A stretch of DNA of 64,000 bases from Bdellovibrionales bacterium (lineage in GTDB: Bacteria > Bdellovibrionota > Bdellovibrionia > Bdellovibrionales > JAGQZY01), in contig CAXRHT010000001.1 in NCBI GenBank assembly GCA_964230645.1, positions 672,001 to 736,000 on the forward strand. Direction: 5' to 3'. Under the pieces are notes generated by a model. That model saw only the letters and a program-made list of their open reading frames with translations, made no database searches and had not been told where the DNA came from. The first letter of the stretch is position 1; each line of letters starts with the position of its first letter. Position numbers and translations under genes: made by a program. Below are positions 40,262-50,366 of this stretch, one piece after another.

Positions 40262-40897
40262 ATGGAATCTATGAAAATACTTACGATAGTTTCCATTGTT
40301 TTGTTGGCGGCTCCGGCCTTTTCTGATTACGAAAACTACGACGATATTGTGAATAAATTGTCGAAGTACAGCACCGATGACCTTAGAGAAAATCAAGCTT
40401 ATCGTGCTGAAATTCGCACTTACTCGAAAGTTCATCTTGGTCTTGGTCTATCACAAACATTTTATGATGCTGATGCTGTGGCCTTAAATAGTCGTATGCA
40501 AAATCAGGGGGGATTAATGATCAACGTGGGCGTTGATATTCTTAATCACAACTGGGGACTTGAGGGCTCTTACTCCAATTTTGGAACGGCCAATACGGAC
40601 GATACTCAAATTCGATTGCGTGAGTTCGCCATTAAGGGTTTGTATAAACCCTCAATTAATAAAACCTGGAGTATGAGAATGGGAATGGGAGTTAGCTCTC
40701 GCTTCCTAGATATTTCTAATGCCGCCACCAATGAGTCTTATAAAACTCCTAGTGGCTTATTTTTGTTTGGAGTTGACAGCTACATTAGCCAGCTCATTAG
40801 TGTGGGAGCCGATTTAAGTTTTAAAACGGCGATGATTAACGACACTATAGACAAAAACTCTGTCGACCTCTCGTTTAGAGTCGACACTCACTTTTGA
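40262..40897 (+). CDS. Small outer-membrane beta-barrel protein
   Basis: Signal peptide; ~8-strand amphipathic pattern; terminal Phe. Confidence 0.7.
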   Translation: MESMKILTIVSIVLLAAPAFSDYENYDDIVNKLSKYSTDDLRENQAYRAEIRTYSKVHLGLGLSQTFYDADAVALNSRMQNQGGLMINVGVDILNHNWGLEGSYSNFGTANTDDTQIRLREFAIKGLYKPSINKTWSMRMGMGVSSRFLDISNAATNESYKTPSGLFLFGVDSYISQLISVGADLSFKTAMINDTIDKNSVDLSFRVDTHF

Positions 40898-41496
40898 TGA
40901 TTGAAGAAACAAAAAAAGAACTTCCTGGTTTATTTACTTATCTTTGGGCTTTCTTAAAAAACCCACTCCAGGAAATAAAAGAAATACCTCGCATCCACTG
41001 GTCAAGCCTTGTGGCCTTTCAGTTCTGTTTGAGCTTGATCTCTGTTGTTGTCTCCAATCTACTTGCCCCTTTTGCTATTACCTTTTTCAATGTCATTCTC
41101 TCTCTTTCAATGGCCATCGTTGCCACTGGTTTATCAGCGCTGTTTTTTTACTACTTTTTTCTCATTCTTTATGAGAGGCAGCTCCCTTTTTTAAAAATTT
41201 TCACCCTTGTTCTTTTTGCTCATATTCCGTTTGCGATCTTTCATCTTGCTGTCTACTTTTTCCCTCCCTCTGATTTGATCGGAATTGGAATTTCAGCCCT
41301 TCTAATGATTGTGGGACTTGTTGAGAACTTTAATATTCCAAGGAAATTGGCGATCAACTTAATGATAGGGCTCTATTCTGTCTTTTTTATCTATTGGGCC
41401 ATTCATCTTTACACCATTCAGAGCCACCAGGACCTCTCCACCCCACAGGACTTGGATCATATTGAGAAAGAAGTGGATGCAATCTTTAATCAGTAG
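40894..41496 (+). CDS. Yip1-like integral membrane protein
   Basis: FLKNP motif followed by about five TM helices. Confidence 0.6.
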   Translation: MMIEETKKELPGLFTYLWAFLKNPLQEIKEIPRIHWSSLVAFQFCLSLISVVVSNLLAPFAITFFNVILSLSMAIVATGLSALFFYYFFLILYERQLPFLKIFTLVLFAHIPFAIFHLAVYFFPPSDLIGIGISALLMIVGLVENFNIPRKLAINLMIGLYSVFFIYWAIHLYTIQSHQDLSTPQDLDHIEKEVDAIFNQ

Positions 41497-41560
41497 CTCT
41501 CTTAAGACTCAGAGCTAGGCCTAACTTCTAAATAAAAATAATTTTTGGTACAATTGTACG

Positions 41561-42394
41561 ATGGGTAAAAAGCTCCTAATCTTCCTCGTGATATTATTTG
41601 CCGCACAGAAGTCTTTTTCGAATGAGACCACAGGCGGCTCCACTCCTCTACAAATTACTATTACGCCCTCCCAGGAGCAGATCGCTCTGACCCGCCTTCC
41701 TGAGTACCCCCCGCGCTGTGAACGCTTTATAGAGCCTGACAATTGGGACTACACCCAAGTGGATGCCTGCGCCCATCCCGAGTGGGTCCCTACCCTTGAA
41801 TGCCCTAATCAGGACCAGGTTCGCCGGGCGAATATCCTTATGGGTATGGCTGAAACAATTATTGAAGCTCACAATTATCGCTTTGCCACCCAAAATGGCT
41901 CCGAGGGGTTTACCTACGAGGCTAGAACCTTGGTGTGTAAAATGTTTCGTGAATCGACGTTTCGTCCACAGGCCGAGGCCCCAGGAGATCGCTCTTCAGC
42001 CGCCGGACTCTCTATGGTCACCCGCAGTACGGCACAAGCTTTAATGGATAAGGAAGACCGTTACTCGCAAGCTTTGAACTTTTACTCAAGGCTCCCGAGG
42101 TACAATCATATTGAAGATGGCGATGAGCTCTATGAAGCCATGCGAGGGAGTATTGCCCTGCAAATAGAGGTGGGCCTAGCCGTTCTTCAGTTAAAAAACT
42201 TGGAAGGACGCTCTTCTATCCATGGTGTAAGAGAGTTACTAGAAAGGTACTACGGCCACGGTCTACCCGCCTCTCCCGGCTACGCGGCCCGAATAATTGA
42301 CTGCTCTCGCTGTATCCGAGATAACAACAATGAAGTCCAGTACAGTTGTTTACTAAAATCCCAAGATTCAACAAAGGACGGCCAATGTCCATAA
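41561..42394 (+). CDS. Secreted lysozyme-fold/lytic-transglycosylase-like protein
   Basis: RESTFRPQA (catalytic E-S), SSAAGLSMV (GLMQ-like) and RYYG; signal peptide; several cysteines. Confidence 0.6.
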   Translation: MGKKLLIFLVILFAAQKSFSNETTGGSTPLQITITPSQEQIALTRLPEYPPRCERFIEPDNWDYTQVDACAHPEWVPTLECPNQDQVRRANILMGMAETIIEAHNYRFATQNGSEGFTYEARTLVCKMFRESTFRPQAEAPGDRSSAAGLSMVTRSTAQALMDKEDRYSQALNFYSRLPRYNHIEDGDELYEAMRGSIALQIEVGLAVLQLKNLEGRSSIHGVRELLERYYGHGLPASPGYAARIIDCSRCIRDNNNEVQYSCLLKSQDSTKDGQCP

Positions 42395-42828
42395 AGTTCC
42401 TTTTTACATTCTCCCTATGCTTCCTATTAGCAATTTCGTCTCAGGCGGAGTGGCAGGTGAAAAAAGTGCCAAAGAAGCTCTCTGATAAAACCCTTTGGCA
42501 ACTCCACTTCACTCAAGGGAAGAGAAGGTTGGTCTACACCCCTCAGAAAGGCTCTGAGCGAGTCCTCAATATCGAAGAAAAAACGGTCAGTGGCAGAAAG
42601 TATTTTATAACGGGTTGGTCTTATGGAGGCCGAAGCATGCAATTTCGAGTCTTTGACCCCTCTATTAAGAACACTCCTCTGTGTGAGTTTGTATCGTTTG
42701 GTGAGAGTTCAGATCTCAAAGTAAACAAAAACACCCTACAAGCCCTAAAGGTCCCCGATCGCCTCGGTGTGGCTAACCCTAAAAGCCAGAAAGACTCATG
42801 GGTTCACTGCCGAATTTTAAAAAAATAG
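42385..42828 (+). CDS. Small basic secreted hypothetical protein
   Basis: ATG at 42385 overlaps the upstream gene end; signal peptide ending SQA. Confidence 0.65.
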   Translation: MSIKFLFTFSLCFLLAISSQAEWQVKKVPKKLSDKTLWQLHFTQGKRRLVYTPQKGSERVLNIEEKTVSGRKYFITGWSYGGRSMQFRVFDPSIKNTPLCEFVSFGESSDLKVNKNTLQALKVPDRLGVANPKSQKDSWVHCRILKK

Positions 42829-42940
42829 AGTGGATTTAAGCACTTCACCCTTTTTAACGGGCATTTAGAGCTCCCTTAAAATCTCTACTATTTGTTAAAA
42901 AATATTAAACAAAGGCTGATTTCAATGATAGTCATTTTGT

Positions 42941-43627
42941 ATGGAAGATTATTTTTTTAGCAAAAGTAAAAATGAAGTCGAAATTATTGATTTTAAAGAG
43001 TGCGCTGAGAACTTAGCGAAACTTTTGAGCTCTAATGGACGGAAAGTCCGCGCTTGGAATAGAGATAGTATAGAGAAGTTAAAGTCTATGCCACTTTCAC
43101 ATATCAAGTTGCAGACTAAAAAGCTCCAGTTTTGCTATGATATTTACCAATCTGCCATCGAAGAAAATATAGACCCAAGAATGGAAAGTAAAATTCTATG
43201 GCGCTTACTTGCCAAGGAGGGGTGGTCTTTTAGCTCAGATCTTTTTGGCGAGATTTCGGACAACGATATCATCGAAATTTATTTATGTAACAATGCCCAG
43301 TATTTCGCGAATTCTGTCTTTATGGACCTTTGTTCCTATGACTTGTCCGATATCGCCTCTTATCGGTGGGACGAGTTATTCACCCGTGACAAAGGGGCCA
43401 CTGAAGCTATTCTTTCAAATGTCCGTCAAGTTATGAAAAAACCTGAAAAAAGACTCTATTACTTCGACATCCCTAAACATAGGGGTGCAGAAATTTTTTC
43501 CATGGATCGTATCGAACTTGAAATGAAGTTAAAGGTCTTTTGCCCTTTATTTGATGAAAAAAAGGAAATGGCTGCCTTCTTAACCACCTTTGAGGCGAGA
43601 AAAGTCCTTTCTGATAGTGATCATTAG
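42941..43627 (+). CDS. Hypothetical protein with PAS-like C-terminal region
   Basis: IIEIY...QYFANSVFMDLCSYDLSDI...WDELF resembles the PAS N-x-x-F-x-x-x-x-G/S-Y pattern. Confidence 0.6.
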   Translation: MEDYFFSKSKNEVEIIDFKECAENLAKLLSSNGRKVRAWNRDSIEKLKSMPLSHIKLQTKKLQFCYDIYQSAIEENIDPRMESKILWRLLAKEGWSFSSDLFGEISDNDIIEIYLCNNAQYFANSVFMDLCSYDLSDIASYRWDELFTRDKGATEAILSNVRQVMKKPEKRLYYFDIPKHRGAEIFSMDRIELEMKLKVFCPLFDEKKEMAAFLTTFEARKVLSDSDH

Positions 43628-43729
43628 ATCTAAGTCCCGCGAAGAAATATCCATGTCAAAAAGTCTAAATATTTTGTTTAGAAATAAGATCTATTTGCTT
43701 TAAGTCCAATAGCGATCTTCAATGTATAT

Positions 43730-44425
43730 ATGCAGAATATTAAAAACCTTGATAAAGCCCAATGCCATTTTCTACCCATACGCTATCAACCTAACTTCTA
43801 TCGTTTTGATCTTTTAAACAAGACTTTTGATGCATGGTCTAAATGCTGGAAAGAGGTGGGCGCGAAGACTAGCTATAATTTCAATGAAAACGATTTTTTC
43901 ACAAAAGACTGCGCCCTATCGTTAACTAACAGCCAAGGCGAGGTCTTCGGGTGTCTACTTATCACCTTCAATCACTTTGACAATGTCTGCAGCACCAAAA
44001 CGAATTTTATAAAACGTTTTAACAAACCCTATCAAGAGTTTTTAAAAGCTCGACAACTCAAAAACGTAATCAGTTTAGAATATTTAACCGTACCGAAGGA
44101 GTTCAGAAGACATCCTAAGGTTTCTGTTTCACGAGCACTAACTTATCTTGGTTTTAGGTATATGGAAAACACTGATTTTTCGGCAGCTTTAGTACAAACC
44201 AGAGATGATGTAAAAGTTTATAAAGTTTGCAACGAACTTGGCGGCACCCAGGTTTCAAAAACTAAGATAAATGGTCTAGATGGAAGTTTCTTCGTCTTTG
44301 AAAAAAACAAATTAAAACCACCCGAAAACGCCTATTTAAAAATTTATGTGGAATCTCTTTGGGCCAAAAACCAAGATTTTACGGGTCACCTTATTTATCA
44401 AACTGAAAGGAAAGCGATCGCATGA
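43730..44425 (+). CDS. GNAT-fold acyltransferase-like protein (LuxI/FeeM-like)
   Basis: GEVFGCLL strand, SLEYLTVPKEFRR acyl-donor binding motif A, ELGG; ATGA overlap with the next gene. Confidence 0.55.
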   Translation: MQNIKNLDKAQCHFLPIRYQPNFYRFDLLNKTFDAWSKCWKEVGAKTSYNFNENDFFTKDCALSLTNSQGEVFGCLLITFNHFDNVCSTKTNFIKRFNKPYQEFLKARQLKNVISLEYLTVPKEFRRHPKVSVSRALTYLGFRYMENTDFSAALVQTRDDVKVYKVCNELGGTQVSKTKINGLDGSFFVFEKNKLKPPENAYLKIYVESLWAKNQDFTGHLIYQTERKAIA

Positions 44426-45084
44426 TTGATTCATTAAAAACAAACTTCCTTGTTTCAATACCAGAAATAGTTCACCGCACAATGGATACATTGGAAAACT
44501 TTCCCTGGGAAAACCCTACTCTCTATTCTCAATGGCTAGCTCAGACTTTTTTTATCGTTCAACATACTCCACGTTATATTTGCTTGGCGGCAGCCCGCTT
44601 TGACTATTCCCAAAATGACTTCCACAGAACACTTGTCGCCCATTTATCGGATGAAGATCTCCATGAGGAGGACGTTCTCAATGATTTGAAAAACTTGGGT
44701 CATGTTATCAGTGAGTTTAGCCCCATGCCTGAGGTCAAAATTATGACTGAAAATTTGTACTATCAAATTGATAATATCAATCCACTTTGTATATTTGGAC
44801 GTATACTCTTTCTAGAATACGTGGCTTCAAATATTTCGGAAAATTTGAGAAAGCGAATTTCCTCAACTTGGGACTTGAACCAACGTCAATTTTTAAAAAT
44901 TCATTTCGAAGAAGATGTAGAGCACGTCAAAAAAGCCTTCTCAGTGGTTCATGGACTAACCGATGAGCAGCAAAGACTCGTTGGAGATCAATTCTATTTG
45001 AGTGGGCTATTCTACACAGATTTAATGAGTGCCATTGAACTCAGCAACAATGGAGTTTCTCACCAAGACAAGCGCAGCGCTTAG
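44422..45084 (+). CDS. Heme-oxygenase-like diiron enzyme (iron-containing redox enzyme family)
   Basis: WLAQTFFIVQHT, HLSDEDLHE (ExxH), FLEY and HFEEDVEH (HxxxDxxH) metal-ligand pattern. Confidence 0.8.
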   Translation: MIDSLKTNFLVSIPEIVHRTMDTLENFPWENPTLYSQWLAQTFFIVQHTPRYICLAAARFDYSQNDFHRTLVAHLSDEDLHEEDVLNDLKNLGHVISEFSPMPEVKIMTENLYYQIDNINPLCIFGRILFLEYVASNISENLRKRISSTWDLNQRQFLKIHFEEDVEHVKKAFSVVHGLTDEQQRLVGDQFYLSGLFYTDLMSAIELSNNGVSHQDKRSA

Positions 45085-45220
45085 AAGCAATATAAGGCCA
45101 CCTCACACCTTGAAATTGTGTATTTTTGAACCAATACTCTTCGACATGATGCATTCCGCTCAACTTTTTATGTTTATATCGGTAAAACAACCTAAATATA
45201 AATTAGAAAAGGGCAAGCTC

Positions 45221-45508
45221 ATGCATTCATTTGAAAAGAAAATTTGTGTATCTTTTGGATCCTATCTGAAAGACTCCAGAAACGACAGTCTCCTTACCCA
45301 AAATGAGGTTGCAGAGGCTTGTGGACACTCCAACGCACAATTTATTTCAAATATCGAAAGAGGAACCTGTTGGCCACCAATGAACGTGTTATCGAAAATG
45401 TCGAAACTCTACAAAATTCCACGTCACGAGCTTCTCGACCGTTTTACAGAATGTCGCAGAAAAATTTGGGCCTACGAGATGGGTATTCGCGGAAAAAAAG
45501 CCCAATAA
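45221..45508 (+). CDS. XRE family HTH transcriptional regulator
   Basis: FGSYLKDSR...LTQNEVAEACG..NAQFISNIERG..PP. Confidence 0.88.
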   Translation: MHSFEKKICVSFGSYLKDSRNDSLLTQNEVAEACGHSNAQFISNIERGTCWPPMNVLSKMSKLYKIPRHELLDRFTECRRKIWAYEMGIRGKKAQ

Positions 45509-45678
45509 TTTAATTCACCTTCTCACAAAATTATAAATCATAGAGCTTGTGTTGCTTATCCTTGAATGAGTAGTCTTGTTGAAGTGACTTCGATGGGACC
45601 TTATCAAGCCTTTCAACCATATTTCGTGACCCGTAACTAATTAGTATTTACTAAACAACTGTCTCCTGTAAACTGTTA

Positions 45679-46572
45679 TTGTTGGAAAAATCTGACTCTG
45701 CAGGAGGTTTGAACATTTCCTTTGAGGTTTCACGGCCTGGTGCTAAAAAAAATTTTTTGATTGTAGATGATGATGAAAAGATCGTTGAGACCTTTAAAGA
45801 GTTAGTTGAACTCAATTGGGGAGAAACCATCCGCCTACTTGAAGCTCGCGATGGCGCGAATGGTCTTACCAAAATACACAATCAAAGCTTTGACTGTATA
45901 TTTACTGAGCTGAATCTTCCCAGAAAGGGAGGGCTTCCCTTTATTCGCTCCATTCGCTCAAGCAATCTTAATCAAGAGACACCCATCATTGTTATAACAG
46001 CCGAAGATCCTGCAAACTTCCCTCTTCATGAATTCGACTTTGTTGAGTCAGCAAAAAAACCCATTGATTTGAGCGAGATCGTCGGTCTGGTAGAAAAATA
46101 CAACAAGGGCACCTATAAAGAGAAATACCTCTCGGCTTACCTTTTTAATCATGTTCTCTATGCGATTATGGACCTAATAACGGCTATCACATCAGAGGAA
46201 TTCAGTAGTGATCGAGAGTTACAGTTCAAGAAGGCCCCTGACAAAGTTTCAAATGACTTAATATTCGAACTGGAAATTGAATTTGGAAGAAGAGCTAACA
46301 CTTTTGCCATCTGCTTTAATTCTAAACAGGTCGAGGACTACCAAAAAGAAAAAGAATTCTACACTCACAAAACCAAAAAAGAGATTGTCAGCTCGTTTGC
46401 TCAAGCTGTTTTTAACAGTATCACTAAGAATTTGAATACCGGCTATCAGCAACGCCATAAAATAAAAAAAATGAGCTGGAATTCCAGTCACCTAGAAGGT
46501 AAAGCGGGACTTATTACCACCCTTAATAATCCCTACTTTGAAATCCAAATTTTCGCGAACACCTCACGATAG
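45679..46572 (+). CDS. Response-regulator receiver-domain protein (atypical) with unknown, possibly CheX-like, C-terminal domain
   Basis: LIVDDD, FTELNLP (Glu at the phospho-Asp site), IVITA and KKP; start uncertain. Confidence 0.75.
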   Translation: MLEKSDSAGGLNISFEVSRPGAKKNFLIVDDDEKIVETFKELVELNWGETIRLLEARDGANGLTKIHNQSFDCIFTELNLPRKGGLPFIRSIRSSNLNQETPIIVITAEDPANFPLHEFDFVESAKKPIDLSEIVGLVEKYNKGTYKEKYLSAYLFNHVLYAIMDLITAITSEEFSSDRELQFKKAPDKVSNDLIFELEIEFGRRANTFAICFNSKQVEDYQKEKEFYTHKTKKEIVSSFAQAVFNSITKNLNTGYQQRHKIKKMSWNSSHLEGKAGLITTLNNPYFEIQIFANTSR

Positions 46573-46577
46573 TTCGA

Positions 46578-47813
46578 CTACAAGCCCTTGGGCCCCAGAC
46601 AATAGAGACTTAGGTTATCAGGTTTGAGATATTTATCGATATAATTTTTAACTGAGTCGGCTGTCACCTCATCAATTTCAGAGATGACTTTATCCACGGG
46701 ACGATACTCTCCAAAAACCATTTCATTGACAGCAATAGAGTTCATGCGATTATCGATGTCTTCCCCGCCTATTACAATCTGACCCTTTGCTTGAGTTTTA
46801 TAAAGCTCAATCTCATCCTGGCTTAGTCCATTTTTTCTGAGCTCATCGACTTCTTTTGAAATTAGATCAATCACCTCGGCGGCATGCTTTCTTTCGGTTC
46901 CGGCGTAAATGGTTTGTAAGCCCGTATCAACAAAAGTGTTTAGCATACTAAAAACCGAATAAACCAAACCTCGATCCTCTCGGATTTTCTGATAAAGCTT
47001 TGAGGTCATTCCACCACCAAGAGCTGTGTTAACAACATAGGCGTTGAAGCGATCCTCATCTGAAAAAGCGCAGGTCGGAAAACCCATAACGATATGAAAC
47101 TGCTCACAGTCCTTTTTAAAAAAGTCATTAATGGGTTTATGAACAGGAGCCTCAAGCTTTGCCTGATAGCTTTTATTTTTCCATGTTTTCTGAGAAAAAC
47201 CTTTTTCCACTTCTTTTACCAGAGCTTTGTGGTCCACGGCTCCAGCCGCGGTAACAATCATATTTTCGGGCACAAAGTGAGTGTCATAATAGTTTTGAAT
47301 ATCATTGAGGCTCAGCTTGTCCACTGTTTCCATATTACCGAGAATTTGAAATCCAAGGGGACTATCGGGGAAGATTTTTTCGAAATATAGGTCATAAACA
47401 TACTCTTCAAGATCATCAGCACACATTAGAATTTCTTGCTGAACCACTCGTTTTTCTTTTTCAAACTCTTTGTCGGAAAATTTCGCAAAGGCACAAAGTT
47501 GCGCCAAAACATCCACACTCAAGTCCAGATCCTCTTTTAACGAGGTGGTGTGAAAGCAAGTGTGTTCTCTCGCCGTGAAGGCATTGATATCCCCCCCACG
47601 AGCCTCCATCGCTAGAGCTAACTGCAAGGGGGAGTATTTCTCAGTTCCTTTAAACACCATATGCTCTAAAAGGTGGGAAATACCCATTTGCTCGCGGGTT
47701 TCATGACGTGTTCCTGAGTTGATCCAAAAACCTGTAACGACACACTTTGAGTCCGCGTGATTCTCAGAGAGAACTCTAATACCGTTATCTAATACTGTTT
47801 TTTCAAATTTCAT
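46578..47813 (-). CDS. M16 family zinc peptidase
   Basis: HLLEH (HxxEH), NAFT, GGGMTSKLYQKIRE.RGLVYSV; usual position downstream of pnp. Confidence 0.93.
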   Translation of the reverse strand: MKFEKTVLDNGIRVLSENHADSKCVVTGFWINSGTRHETREQMGISHLLEHMVFKGTEKYSPLQLALAMEARGGDINAFTAREHTCFHTTSLKEDLDLSVDVLAQLCAFAKFSDKEFEKEKRVVQQEILMCADDLEEYVYDLYFEKIFPDSPLGFQILGNMETVDKLSLNDIQNYYDTHFVPENMIVTAAGAVDHKALVKEVEKGFSQKTWKNKSYQAKLEAPVHKPINDFFKKDCEQFHIVMGFPTCAFSDEDRFNAYVVNTALGGGMTSKLYQKIREDRGLVYSVFSMLNTFVDTGLQTIYAGTERKHAAEVIDLISKEVDELRKNGLSQDEIELYKTQAKGQIVIGGEDIDNRMNSIAVNEMVFGEYRPVDKVISEIDEVTADSVKNYIDKYLKPDNLSLYCLGPKGL

Positions 47814-47899
47814 ATTCCCTCAAAAGTCGAGCCCACTTTAAAAGTGGCTCTAAAATTTTTAAGCCTCACTAAAAAATAAGGATTTTCTGCGCTAAACGC

Positions 47900-47945
47900 A
47901 AAAATGCCTGGCTTTTGGAATGAGTTACCAAAAAAGAGCCAGGCA
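47900..47945 (-). terminator. Probable pnp terminator
   Basis: TGCCTGGCT...AGCCAGGCA stem with a T run on the minus strand. Confidence 0.55.
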
Positions 47946-47953
47946 CCTTTTTC

Positions 47954-50050
47954 TTAGTTATCGAGAAGAGCTTTACGAGAAAGTTTGATTCTTCCCGCGC
48001 GATCAATATCAATAACTTTTACATCAATTTCATCACCTTCGCTCAGATGATCGCTGACATTGCGAATTCTCTCTTTGGAGATTTCAGAGATATGCAAAAG
48101 ACCTTGAGTGTTTGGAAGAACTTCTACGAAGGCTCCAAAATCGACGATCTTAACCACTTTACCTTTGTAAGTGGCTCCCATTTCAGCTTCTGCACAAATA
48201 TCTTCAATCATCGAAATGGCTTTACGACTCATCTCAGGATCTGTTGAAGCAATATGGATGGAGCCATCGTCTTCGATGTCCACTTTTACACCCGTTTCTT
48301 CAATAATTCCTTTGATGACCTTACCACCAGCACCGATGACCTCACGCACTTTTTCAGGCTTGATCTTGATGGTCTCGATACGAGGAGCAAATTCAGAAAT
48401 TTCGCCACGAGGAGTGGAAATTACCTCTTCCATTTTGGAAAGAATATGGAGTCGTCCTTCTTTGGCCTGCTTCAGGGCTTGCTCCATAACTTCAAAAGTG
48501 ATGGAGTCTATTTTAATATCCATTTGAATTGCAGAAATTCCTTCACGAGTTCCAGCCACTTTAAAGTCCATGTCTCCAAGATGATCCTCATCACCAAGAA
48601 TGTCTGTTAAGACGGCTGTTTTCGTTCCATCGGAAATAAGACCCATGGCCACACCAGCGACATTTCCTTTAAGAGGAACACCAGCATCAAGCATCGCCAA
48701 AGTTCCACCGCAAACTGTTCCCATGGAGGAAGATCCATTGGATTCCATTACTTCCCCGACCATACGAATCGTGTATGGAAATTTGTCATGATCAGGGATA
48801 ACGGCTTTCAAAGCACGCTCTGCCAATGCACCGTGACCGATTTCACGACGAGATTGACCACCCATTCTTCCCGTTTCTCCCACACAGTAAGGAGGGAAGT
48901 TATAATGAAGAAAGAACTGTTTTTTATAGGAGGCAGAGAGATTATCAACAGACTGCTCATCATCTCCAGTACCTAATGTCACGGCACCAAGGACTTGAGT
49001 TTCTCCACGAGTGAAAAGACCCGAACCGTGAGCTCTAGGTAGAATTCCAACTTCACAAGCGATCGGGCGAACAGTTGTTAAGTCACGACCATCAATACGC
49101 TCACCATTATCAAGAATATTACTTCTGGCGATATCATATTTGAGGTCACCAATAACAAGACCCAATTCTTTTTTACGAAGCTCTTTTTCGTCTTTATCTT
49201 CAATGGAAGCTAGGAACTTTTCTTCCGCTTCCTTTTTGATAGTGTCATAAGCCCCGTAACGGTCGCCTTTGTCTCTCATAGAAAGAGCTTCACTGATTTT
49301 GCCTTTTGCAAATTCGGTAACCTGACCGCGGAAATCTTGATCCACTTTAAAAGGAATGAATTCTCTTTTTTCACGATTTCCTGTTTTTTCACGAAGTTCA
49401 TCTTGAGCATCAAAAATTGGCTTCATCTGTTCATGAGCAAACTTCAATGCGCCAAGAACATCCTCTTCGGAAACGAGGGTGGCTTCACCTTCAACCATTA
49501 GGATTCCGTTTCTTGTTCCCGCCACAATCATTTCCACTTCGGACTTTTCTAATTGTTCAGGCGATGGGTTAGCGACAAATTCACCATCGACTTTACCAAC
49601 CATTACAGCAGCTGTTGGTCCATTAAAAGGAATGTCACTGATGTGGGTTGCACAAGAAGCACCGATACTTGCTAAAATTTCAACTGGAAAAGTGCTGTCA
49701 TAACTGAGGATAGTGGCTACCACCTGAGTGTCTTTGTTGTAGCCCTCTGGAAAAGTAGGACGCAAAGGACGATCAATAAGACGAGCGTTTAGGGTTGCAT
49801 CTCCAGAAGGACGCCCTTCTCTTTTGAAAAAGCCTCCAGGGATTTTCCCAGAAGCATAGAATTTTTCGGCATACTCTACGGTGAGTGGGAAAAAATCCAT
49901 GTCGGAATCTCTTTTAGAGGAGACCACGGTGACTAGAACCACATTGTTCCCTGAGGTCACCAGTACGGAACCGTCAGCTTGTTTAGCCATTCTACCTGTT
50001 TCGATTTCTATGTTTTGGCTGCCAACGGTCATTGTGACTGTTTGTTTCAT
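47954..50050 (-). CDS. pnp: Polyribonucleotide nucleotidyltransferase
   Basis: FFPLTV, RLIDRPLRP, HGSGLFTRGETQ, RREIGHG, SNGSSSM and GDMDFKVAG; KH and S1 domains. Confidence 0.98.
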   Translation of the reverse strand: MKQTVTMTVGSQNIEIETGRMAKQADGSVLVTSGNNVVLVTVVSSKRDSDMDFFPLTVEYAEKFYASGKIPGGFFKREGRPSGDATLNARLIDRPLRPTFPEGYNKDTQVVATILSYDSTFPVEILASIGASCATHISDIPFNGPTAAVMVGKVDGEFVANPSPEQLEKSEVEMIVAGTRNGILMVEGEATLVSEEDVLGALKFAHEQMKPIFDAQDELREKTGNREKREFIPFKVDQDFRGQVTEFAKGKISEALSMRDKGDRYGAYDTIKKEAEEKFLASIEDKDEKELRKKELGLVIGDLKYDIARSNILDNGERIDGRDLTTVRPIACEVGILPRAHGSGLFTRGETQVLGAVTLGTGDDEQSVDNLSASYKKQFFLHYNFPPYCVGETGRMGGQSRREIGHGALAERALKAVIPDHDKFPYTIRMVGEVMESNGSSSMGTVCGGTLAMLDAGVPLKGNVAGVAMGLISDGTKTAVLTDILGDEDHLGDMDFKVAGTREGISAIQMDIKIDSITFEVMEQALKQAKEGRLHILSKMEEVISTPRGEISEFAPRIETIKIKPEKVREVIGAGGKVIKGIIEETGVKVDIEDDGSIHIASTDPEMSRKAISMIEDICAEAEMGATYKGKVVKIVDFGAFVEVLPNTQGLLHISEISKERIRNVSDHLSEGDEIDVKVIDIDRAGRIKLSRKALLDN

Positions 50051-50096
50051 TCAAACCTCTCTGTTTGTTTTATTATGTCTATTTTTCTTGAGATGA

Positions 50097-50366
50097 TTAC
50101 TTACGGATACCAAGGTCGCCGATGACTTTCTTATAGCGATCAAGGTCTTTCTTTTTTAAATAATCGAGAAGTTTTCTTCTCTTGTTCACAAGTTTAACAA
50201 GTCCTCTTTGGCCGTGCTTGTCTTTTTTGTGAGTTTTGAAGTGCTCTGTCAAATCAGTGATTCTGAAAGTGAGCAAAGCGATTTGGACTTCAGAGCTTCC
50301 TGTGTCCAATTCTTTTCTTTGAAAGTTTTTGATGATTTCTTGTTTTTGGGATTGTTGCAATGCCAT
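50097..50366 (-). CDS. rpsO: 30S ribosomal protein S15
   Basis: [13 protein letters not shown] and RRKLLDYL; 89 aa. Confidence 0.98.
   Translation of the reverse strand: MALQQSQKQEIIKNFQRKELDTGSSEVQIALLTFRITDLTEHFKTHKKDKHGQRGLVKLVNKRRKLLDYLKKKDLDRYKKVIGDLGIRK

Noticed and set aside
45029..45220. N-terminal extension of the XRE regulator in the ORF track
   Set aside because: It overlaps the upstream gene and has no domain features; ATG 45221 gives a typical 95-aa XRE protein.
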